From NCBI GenBank assembly GCA_046483495.1, contig JAWODC010000046.1:1-26435 (forward strand): a stretch of DNA of 26,435 bases. Reading direction: 5' to 3'. The translations under genes and the position numbers were made by a program. The notes beneath the pieces are model-generated. The model saw nothing but the letters and a program-made list of their open reading frames with translations, was not told the origin of the DNA and made no database searches. Positions 1 to 7,100 of the stretch are shown here, piece after piece; the stretch's first letter is position 1, and every line of letters begins with the position of its first letter. The stretch is from Desulfobacterales bacterium. GTDB lineage: Bacteria > Desulfobacterota > Desulfobacteria > Desulfobacterales > UBA5616.

Positions 1-568
1 CCTCGGGATCGACCATCTTCATAAACTCAGAAAAAGCATTAGGTTGGAATGTTTTGGATGGAAGTTCTGAATAATCGGATGTAAATCGGTACACCTCATC
101 ACGTTCAATATCCCACTCAAATGCTATGGCATATCCGGAATCCAGTGCAAGGTGAAGGCGTTTTTCAACATGCCGCAGTTCCTCTTCGGCCTGTTTGCGT
201 TCTGTTACATCCCTTCCTACCGCATAAAAGTTACCATCATAGGCCGGGGTGGCATGCCATTCAAAAGTTTTATAAGAGCCATCCTTACATCTATATCGAT
301 TTTCAGCTCTTGAAGACCTATCACCAGACAATTGTTTTCTGACCTCTTCGAGGGTATATTCAACATCTCCAGGATGAATAAAATCAAGAATGGGCTTGGA
401 CATAAGTTCATCCAATGAAAAACCTAAGGTCTTTTCCCATGTCTTGTTCAGATATTTGAAATACCCATCCTCTGTGAAAATGCAGATCAGATCCGGAAAA
501 ACATCAAGAAACTTATCCTGTCTCTTGATTCGCTTTTCAAGTTCCTCATAGGTCGGTTTAGCTGCCAT
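1..568 (-). CDS. PAS-domain sensor protein (probable histidine kinase or signalling protein), 5' part, runs off the left edge
   Basis: Manual translation from ATG at 568 (AGGA upstream): MAAKPTYEELEKRIKRQDKFLDVFPDLICIFTEDGYFKYLNKTWEKTLGFSLDELMSKPILDFIHPGD...ENRYRCKDGSYKTFEWHATP...YAVGRDVTERKQAEEELR...FEWDI. This is a typical PAS/PAC domain with a DVTERK linker and the start of a second PAS. Open to the window edge, so absent from the ORF track. Confidence 0.9.
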   Translation of the reverse strand, partial: MAAKPTYEELEKRIKRQDKFLDVFPDLICIFTEDGYFKYLNKTWEKTLGFSLDELMSKPILDFIHPGDVEYTLEEVRKQLSGDRSSRAENRYRCKDGSYKTFEWHATPAYDGNFYAVGRDVTERKQAEEELRHVEKRLHLALDSGYAIAFEWDIERDEVYRFTSDYSELPSKTFQPNAFSEFMKMVDPE

Positions 569-680
569 TGTATATTCCTATCAGATTGGGTAAATATGGA
601 GGGTTGGGCTGACAAAATAACGTTATCTTACCAAAGCAATAATGAGATTCAAACAGAAAAGATCTGATATTCAGATACCG

Positions 681-1238
681 TCAGCTCCCAGTAGCTACAA
701 TCTGTCTATAAGGCAGCTGACTGAAATCAATCTTTCTCAGCATATCATACCGATCCTGGTGTTCTTTGCCAGACACGATACCGGACTTTAATGCCTCTCC
801 ATAAGACTTGACCAGCTCCTGAAAAAGCTCAGCCTGGACATATTCAGCGACTATACTGTTGTCATTCTCATAATCAAAACTCAAAAACGGCTCGCCTGCC
901 AAATCCGTGATAGACGGAACAATAGGGTCGGGAAAGTGGGTCTCCTCCGGAGCATTCGCCACGGGCAGCTTGAGTTGACCGTTGGCATCGAAGACCCTGT
1001 CTTGAATCACAATTTCCATTTCCTGGTCACCGCTCGGCAGCGTACCATTATCGATGAGGGCGTACTCGTTGTCATCCCGCAGCAGATAAAATCCGGCGAG
1101 TCCGACATACACATTAAGTTTTGTAATCCCTAAGGCATGGCCATGGTAACAGAGTGTCGCTGCTTCCTGGTCGTTATCGTAGTGGTATTCTTTTTTGACC
1201 TACTCGGGACCGACTTCTGCCCCCCCCCTTGGGGTCGC
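681..1238 (-). pseudogene. Multicopper oxidase (CotA/bilirubin oxidase-like) internal fragment
   Basis: In frame upstream of the 681..1112 ORF: AEVGPE*VKKEYHYDNDQEAATLCYHGHALGITKLNVYVGLAGFYLLRDDNE...IVIQDRVFDANGQL, matching the CotA-type YxYxNxQxxxxLWYHDHxxxxTRLNVYAGLxGxYxxxD block. In-frame TAG at 1200-1202. N- and C-terminal domains are missing. Confidence 0.8.
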
Positions 1239-1501
1239 TGATCAATAGATATGAAGCTCAATTATTCTAACCTTTCAAATACAGTATTAACCTTATTTAT
1301 TTCTGTTCCTGGTTTTTCAAAAATGGGGATAGAATGTTTATCGGTATCATTTTAAACCTTTCGAACCTGATTGGTAAAAGTGGATTCAAAGCATAAAACT
1401 TACAGCCTGTCTTAAAATGTGTTTTCTGCGACTGGGATACGCAATGAATGATTGAGAATCTCCAGCAGCAAAATCGGTGATATTTGTAAAAAGGAGAGAT
1501 T

Positions 1502-1951
1502 ATGAAAATTACAAAATTGTTTTTAGTTGTTTTTGTATTGATTACGGTTGGAGTGGTAGTTGGAACTCAGAGCGTTGCCAGTGCACAAGAGGCGCTGCTG
1601 GTGAAGATCCATGGAGTGGGAGACGACGCATTGAAAGGTATTTTTCTTAACCCGGAAACGGCCTATATTAAAAAGGACACGATTGTGGTCTGGTTAAGCG
1701 GGGTTAAGGAGCAAGATGTAAAAGTCGAATTTGCCGACGGCAAGAAATGCAAGAGTGTTACCGCTTATTCCATGGGATATTATTTGGACAAAGAAAGATG
1801 GTGTTATGTTACCAGTTATGTACCATTCGGAGCTACATCCAGCTTACAATTTCTTGATGTAGGTGAATACGTATACAAGGTAACAACAAAGGAAGGTAAT
1901 ATTAGCGCAACTGGAAGGATAATTGTAGAGTATACGGAGCTAGAGTCATAA
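1502..1951 (+). CDS. Secreted cupredoxin-like hypothetical protein
   Basis: Strong RBS (AAGGAG) and signal peptide (…VASA/QE). The pattern P-x-x-x-x-IKKDTIVVW…F-x-x-x-GEYxY…GRIIVE resembles a plastocyanin-like beta-sandwich. Confidence 0.65.
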   Translation: MKITKLFLVVFVLITVGVVVGTQSVASAQEALLVKIHGVGDDALKGIFLNPETAYIKKDTIVVWLSGVKEQDVKVEFADGKKCKSVTAYSMGYYLDKERWCYVTSYVPFGATSSLQFLDVGEYVYKVTTKEGNISATGRIIVEYTELES

Positions 1952-2138
1952 TCAAGTGTTTCATTAATCGGAGATGCTTAAGATTGGCAAGTCGTACCCG
2001 ATTTGGAAATTGAAGGATTCACCTTCACGATCTAAAAGTGGATCTGTTGTCTGACACCCCCCACCAAAAGGATTGGATTTGATTCAGGAAGGGTAAGGCA
2101 AGGGGTTGGAAAAAAACATTGTCCAGACCCTCGTGGTT

Positions 2139-2168
2139 TATACCCAGCTATACACAGCTTTACCCAGA
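2139..2168. repeat. Three imperfect 10-bp tandem repeats
   Basis: TATACCCAGC / TATACACAGC / TTTACCCAGA read directly. Confidence 0.6.
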
Positions 2169-2283
2169 TGTAACTACATGCATGTTTTTGAAGGTCTCGA
2201 ACCAGGTTGAATCGCCAAGTGTTGGAGCAAAACGATAACCCAAAATTGACCCCCTGATTCGCAGTACTCTGAGATGACCAATG

Positions 2284-2715
2284 CTATTTTAGTTGCTGAC
2301 GCATTTCAGAACCTACATACTCAAATCCATATTTCTCATAAAAGGGGCGATTGCCTTCTGTTCTTTCAATCAGGTATAATCCCATTTCAGCACAGCCACG
2401 AACTCTTGCACAGTCTACTGCAGCTTGAACTAAGATACCACCAGCATTCTTCCCTCTGGCCTCTTCATTTACGATGAGCTCTTCAAGTTGGCAATATTCA
2501 CCACCATATCGGATGGCCAGGTTGTATGAAATTGTGACGGTACCGAGAATAACTCCATCTTCTTCAGCTACCAGTATCCCACCTCTTTCCCCATCTAATA
2601 ATTGTGTATAGGTTTCTTCCCATCCTAATTGTTTCATTTTTCCAGATAGCGTTGATATTAATGATAGACACTGATCTTTATCATTTAAAGTGGCTGGTCT
2701 TACGATTACACTCAA
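2284..2715 (-). CDS. GNAT family N-acetyltransferase
   Basis: VRPAT..D N-terminus, LEELIVNEEARGKNAG acetyl-CoA motif A, N..FYEKYGF motif B. TTG start with GGAGG RBS, overlapping the upstream TGA (TTGA). Confidence 0.9.
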   Translation of the reverse strand: MSVIVRPATLNDKDQCLSLISTLSGKMKQLGWEETYTQLLDGERGGILVAEEDGVILGTVTISYNLAIRYGGEYCQLEELIVNEEARGKNAGGILVQAAVDCARVRGCAEMGLYLIERTEGNRPFYEKYGFEYVGSEMRQQLK

Positions 2716-3188
2716 TGTTGTCCTCCTTTCTCCCTACAAGTCTTATTTAAAGGACATCCATCTATCTCACATTTATCACATCCTGTAATCTTGTGAACCA
2801 AGCTCATGGAAATCGTAAGTACGATATAGATACCTGTCAGGATATGCTCTAAGCTGCTGTAAGCTTCTACAGCTCCAAACCAGCTGAGAATCCAACTTAG
2901 GATAGGTATGGTAAGGCATGCTCCTATTATCCTCGTCTCAATCTGTGCGGCTCTACCGCTGAAGGATTTATCATCAGATTTAGGGAATATCAGTGCCAAG
3001 TAACTGAATCCAAAGCTCGGGCATGGTTTTCCATAATAATAACAGGGTGTGCAAACATAATATCGTCCGATGATTAGGGCAGCTGCCAGTGTAGCTGAGT
3101 AAAGGATAAAAATGATCAGGGATTTATCCCATAGCAGATATCCTCCCAGTATCAAGGTTGGATAGAACAGGAGGATGTTGAGGATCAT
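2712..3188 (-). CDS. Cys-rich integral membrane hypothetical protein
   Basis: About four hydrophobic segments. Motifs CTPCYYYGKPCP and CDKCEIDGCPLNKTC. Translationally coupled to the GNAT gene. Start position uncertain. Confidence 0.75.
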   Translation of the reverse strand: MILNILLFYPTLILGGYLLWDKSLIIFILYSATLAAALIIGRYYVCTPCYYYGKPCPSFGFSYLALIFPKSDDKSFSGRAAQIETRIIGACLTIPILSWILSWFGAVEAYSSLEHILTGIYIVLTISMSLVHKITGCDKCEIDGCPLNKTCREKGGQH

Positions 3189-3531
3189 GGTTCTGTGAGT
3201 GTAGGATGGGAGTGCACGTTAGCATGCCTCCGGAATGCCAGGCTAAAGTCTATGTCTTCTAATAATAGGTCTTCTCCAGCTAAATAAATCTTGGTCTATT
3301 GGGTGACGGTGTTCTTTTATTAGAATCCTTATTTATAAATGGAGTTATGCACAGAGGTCATTCCCATAATTAAGGAACCAAAACATACACCCAAATAAAC
3401 CAAAGATTCAACCTTTATCAGCCATTTTGAGTGAATTTCTTTGACCTTTTTTCGTTCCAGGAGTCCTCCCTTTCTGCCATTCCATTTCAGGCTATCGAAT
3501 TTCAATAATCAATGACAGGGAGGACCTAAGC

Positions 3532-4025
3532 ATGCATGATATGAATAGAAAAGGAAGGATAAAGAAGGATGCCATCAAAAGACACCAAACAGAGTCTGTC
3601 AAGGAAACCCAAAAACCGGAAGAGCCACCCAGAGAGACTCCCCATCTTGTCCACATCTCCAGGAAACGGATGAGGTGTGTCTTCAATTCCCTGGTGGTCA
3701 GGAATGATTCAATCAAAGCCAAATACCAGGGTGGCCTGAGAAGATTCCACCAGACCCATGGAGGGATGGCCAACAATTGTCGGTTTTCGTCTCGATGGAT
3801 GACGAGGTTGATGGGGTTGTGATGGATCTCATTGACAACGGACTATCCAATGGTCAGGATTTCACCTTTGAGGATCCGGGTGGGTTTTCGATATATGCAT
3901 CGATATCCAAAGAGGACTATCCCCAGGATGTTCAACTACAGGTGGACTGGCTCAAGGGCAAGTATGCCGAAGGTGGAATCTGGATCTGGATGGATGAAGG
4001 AAAGGATCATCCAAAGCCTGAGTGA
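3532..4025 (+). pseudogene. Frameshifted hypothetical protein (two ORFs joined near 3775)
   Basis: Frame 1 (GGAGG RBS; …FNSLVVRNDSIKAKYQGGLRRFHQTHGGMAN) continues plausibly in frame 3 (LSVFVSMDDEVDGVVMDLIDNGL…DF…VDWLKG…GGIWIWM). The second ORF has only a TTG start at the junction. Confidence 0.55.
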
Positions 4026-4061
4026 ATTTTTTGCCGGTTTTTATCAATAAAATCCTGTATC

Positions 4062-4091
4062 GGAGGTGGAGGTTAACCGTCCCCCACCTCC
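4062..4091. terminator. GC-rich hairpin, possible terminator
   Basis: GGAGGTGG (4062-4069) pairs with CCACCTCC (4084-4091), downstream of the 3532-4025 unit. No clear U-tract. Confidence 0.3.
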
Positions 4092-4250
4092 CACGCTGTA
4101 AGCTTGACAAGCCCAGACATTGGATTAATCGGTATTTTTGTTGTTATTTGCCTGAATTCATTTATAATGGCTCCTCAGCATTCCAGACTGCCGCATACTT
4201 CTTCAATTTCTGTGCAACCAACTTATCAAGCCACACAAAGGGTATATACA

Positions 4251-5072
4251 ATGTTTCACAATCGGATCATTTATATTCCGGGAGGATCGAGCGGTATCGG
4301 TCTGGCGGCGGCAAAACAATTAGCGGCAAAAGGCGCACATGTCGTCATCTTTGCCCGAAACCCGTCACGGCTCGAATCCGCACACGCAGAAATTTCCGAG
4401 TGCAAAACTGATAGTAGACAACGGTTTGGAGCGACTTCCGTGGATGTCGCCGACCCACATCTCACCACGGAAGCGATGAATGCGGCCGCAAATGAATTTG
4501 GCGCGCCGGACGTCCTGATCAATATGGCCGGGCAATCGGAACCGCGATACGCCGACCGCATATCTCACGCGCAGTTTGATCGCATCATCAAGACCAATCT
4601 TTATGGGACCTGGAATACCATATCCGCCCTGTTGCCCCATATGAAGGCTAAAGGCGGCCATATCGTCAATACATCTTCCATCGCCGGATTTATCGGCGTA
4701 TTCGGGTATGCCGATTACTGCGCATCCAAATTCGCCGTAGTGGGCCTCTCTGAAGCCCTGAGAATGGAGCTCAAGCCCTGCGGCATCCGCGTATCCGTCC
4801 TGTGTCCACCGGATACGGATACACCCATGCTTTTCGACGAAAACAAGATCAAACCTCCCGAAACCAAGGCCCTTTCCAAGCGTGCCCGGGTTTTGAGCGC
4901 GGATGCCGTGGCCCGGGGCCTCCTCCTGGGGATAGCAAAAAACAGGTTCATGATCATTCCGGGATTCGAGGGCAGAGTTATCGACCGTATGCGCCGGTGG
5001 GCTCCGTCCTTATTGATGCATTTTATGGACAGCTCCGTCAGAAAAATGCAGAAGACCATCCGGAATCCATGA
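4251..5072 (+). CDS. Short-chain dehydrogenase/reductase, 3-ketodihydrosphingosine reductase (KDSR)-like
   Basis: GGSSGIG, NMAG, SSIAG, YCASK catalytic motif, and the KDSR-type PPDTDTP…ENKIKPPET. Start moved from 4104 to the in-frame ATG at 4251 (MFHNRIIYIPGG), just before the first Rossmann strand. Confidence 0.85.
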   Translation: MFHNRIIYIPGGSSGIGLAAAKQLAAKGAHVVIFARNPSRLESAHAEISECKTDSRQRFGATSVDVADPHLTTEAMNAAANEFGAPDVLINMAGQSEPRYADRISHAQFDRIIKTNLYGTWNTISALLPHMKAKGGHIVNTSSIAGFIGVFGYADYCASKFAVVGLSEALRMELKPCGIRVSVLCPPDTDTPMLFDENKIKPPETKALSKRARVLSADAVARGLLLGIAKNRFMIIPGFEGRVIDRMRRWAPSLLMHFMDSSVRKMQKTIRNP

Positions 5073-5493
5073 ATTCGCACGTCACCGTTTATCCAATTCC
5101 ATTATCCGGTCCCGGACTCGTTCGTCTCGGCCGGGGGCCGCTGTTTCCAGTCCTCGAGGATTCGTGAAACCATAACCAACTGTTGCACCGCAGATTTCGA
5201 ATCCGCACCGGGATTTTCTTCCAGCAGCCCTGCGAGGGCGGCCTTAACCCGAGCCGCCCGAAACTGTGGCCCTTGAAGTTCAAAGAGTGGGCAAGGCCCG
5301 GCAGAATGATCGATAAGCTGAGGGGGAATCCGGTTCTGGCTTGCGTGAGGTCTGTGGCCCCAAATCAGGTTTTTTTGTGATTACAGCTTTTTTTTTGCCC
5401 AAACCGGATCGATGCATGTGGGCATTATGCAACGAGCAGCACACCGCGTATACGTAAAAACCTGTAAAAGTATCTGCATAATATCGTAATCAT

Positions 5494-5522
5494 ACGAACA
5501 CTTGCGGGAAGTTCGTTTTTTT
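5494..5522 (+). terminator. Possible intrinsic terminator
   Basis: Imperfect stem ACGAA(CA)CTT-GCGGG-AAGTTCGT running into a T tract. The stem is weak. Confidence 0.3.
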
Positions 5523-5665
5523 GCCGATAAACCCCGGAAGAATCGGGCGTATCGCCCTTTGCCATCGGGCAAGATGCCGGAAAAATTTCATATCCGCCGT
5601 GACTTCAGCTTTCCTTATCGAAAAAAGCCCTCACGAGCTTAAAAGCCATCAGGATCATCGATTTT

Positions 5666-5681
5666 AGGCACATTTTTTGCT
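5666..5681 (+). promoter_or_regulatory. Sigma-54 (RpoN) -24/-12 promoter motif
   Basis: AGGCACATTTTTTGCT: GG at 5667-68, GC at 5679-80, exact 10-nt spacer. Near-consensus TGGCAC-N5-TTGCW, oriented toward the PEP-CTERM gene. Confidence 0.7.
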
Positions 5682-5914
5682 ATACACTTGATGACCCTTC
5701 AGCGGCTGTTCGACCAACAGGAGTACTTCTTATTTCCTATAATTTCGAAAAATTCATTGAACAACCCACAGTATTTCATGCGCCAGCTGCAAACCAACTC
5801 GTTTTCATTCCTGGTATTCTGCCACCCTGCACCCTTTTCACCATCAATCGTGACTTGATCTGAACCTGACCATAATCACTTCACAAAATTGTTTGGAATG
5901 GACGCTTCCCGTTT

Positions 5915-5930
5915 TGGCATTCAAGATGCC
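5915..5930 (+). promoter_or_regulatory. Second sigma-54-like motif
   Basis: TGGCATTCAAGATGCC: GG 5916-17, GC 5928-29, 10-nt spacer. It is itself palindromic (GGCAT-N5-ATGCC). Confidence 0.45.
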
Positions 5931-6105
5931 CGTTTTAGATTCGAGAAGTGTCCAAAAAAACATTTTAGAATGCAAAAAGCGGCAAAGCCGAGCACTTTTT
6001 AACACGCCGGGTTATTTGAGAGCATACATCAATTAGTAATCCTCAAAAAGCTAATTAGTGTTCCACAGTATTTCACCAGAGCCGCTCTCGGCGTATATAG
6101 TGATT

Positions 6106-6134
6106 AATTCTTGAGATAGTTCAGATCAAGAATT
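6106..6134. promoter_or_regulatory. Perfect 9-bp inverted repeat, candidate operator
   Basis: AATTCTTGA-N11-TCAAGAATT, about 120 bp upstream of the PEP-CTERM start. Confidence 0.4.
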
Positions 6135-6253
6135 GTTGAACCGAAACGCGGCAAAGGTTTTTGAATCGCCGTTTTCAGTGTGGCCGACATGCTGATATCA
6201 CGTATGGTTTCCGGCTGATTTGAATTCCAACTTCTATATAGAGAGAGAAACAG

Positions 6254-6895
6254 GTGAAAAAGCTATTGGTTTACATAATAAGGGGGTTTATCATTTTTTG
6301 TTTCATTTCCCCCGCCACTCCTTTTGCGGCGCTTCCATTCAGTCCTTCCGGTGATCCGAATTTCGATTACAGCGATTCCCGGCTCGAAGCGTGTCTTACC
6401 GGCATAACCGCCTTTACCTATCGTATCGAGGACAATTGGCTCAACATGAATTCGACATCTGTTGAGCCAAAAACATTTAATATAAACTGTTTCCGGGGGA
6501 TTCCAGATGTCGGAGGTCCGGAGAAAACCGGGCCGGGGGTCCACCAGGCCAAAATTTACACGCCCGCTCTTATGTTAACGGATGTTTCGACGATCCCCGC
6601 AAGTCGGCGGGTCGACGTCAAGTTCGAAATCCCAAATCGAGAAACCGGCATCGACAGTTCCAGCGAGGGTTTATGGAACGAGGGACAAGCCCGGACGACA
6701 TTTGCCTATTATCGAACGCCTGAAATTGCCGGCGGAAATATACGAAATATAGCCCCCGTGAAGACGCTTGCCGCAGACGAATCATCTTATCCCATTTCAG
6801 AACCCGCCGCCATGGTGCTTATCGGGATCTTTTTATTGGGACTGGCGGGCGTTGGAAGAAAAACCCATTTCAAACATCGCAACGGAGTTGATTGA
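6254..6895 (+). CDS. PEP-CTERM-type sorting-domain surface protein (PISEP variant)
   Basis: N-terminal signal peptide. C-terminus YPISEPAAMVLIGIFLLGLAGVGRKTHFKHR has an xEP motif, a TM helix and a basic tail. Lies directly upstream of XrtA-type EPS genes. Confidence 0.8.
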   Translation: MKKLLVYIIRGFIIFCFISPATPFAALPFSPSGDPNFDYSDSRLEACLTGITAFTYRIEDNWLNMNSTSVEPKTFNINCFRGIPDVGGPEKTGPGVHQAKIYTPALMLTDVSTIPASRRVDVKFEIPNRETGIDSSSEGLWNEGQARTTFAYYRTPEIAGGNIRNIAPVKTLAADESSYPISEPAAMVLIGIFLLGLAGVGRKTHFKHRNGVD

Positions 6896-7100
6896 ATGCT
6901 CTTTGACAATCTATCCAATATCGATCTCAAAGGCCAATGGCGAGTGAATGTTTATTTTTGGTTACCGAGGGTTTTCCGTGTACCTCCTTTAAAAGATTTT
7001 CAGCGTGAACCGGTTGTATTTTCGTTTTTTCCGGTCTTCGGTTAATCCGAAGTTATTTATAAATGACTGCTTTCATAGCTGTATCCCGATGTGAATCCAG

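Noticed and set aside
121..411. ORF-track entries 121..342 (+) and 217..411 (-)
   Set aside because: Shadow frames of the real PAS-domain gene at 1..568 (-).
4104..4250. 49-aa N-terminal extension of the SDR from the TTG at 4104
   Set aside because: No RBS, and SDR homology starts at the ATG at 4251.
5691..5858. 55-codon ORF (MTLQRLFDQQEYFLFP…) right after the first sigma-54 motif
   Set aside because: No RBS and no recognisable features. It could only be leaderless, so it is not supportable without expression data.
6140..6230. Possible c-di-GMP (GEMM) riboswitch in the PEP-CTERM leader, suggested by GAAA and GGCAAA
   Set aside because: I could not build the P1/P2 stems or find the GCAAAG…tetraloop-receptor arrangement. 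An Infernal/Rfam scan would settle it.
6896..7100. ops/JUMPStart element ahead of the EPS operon
   Set aside because: No GGCGGTAG-like sequence found.
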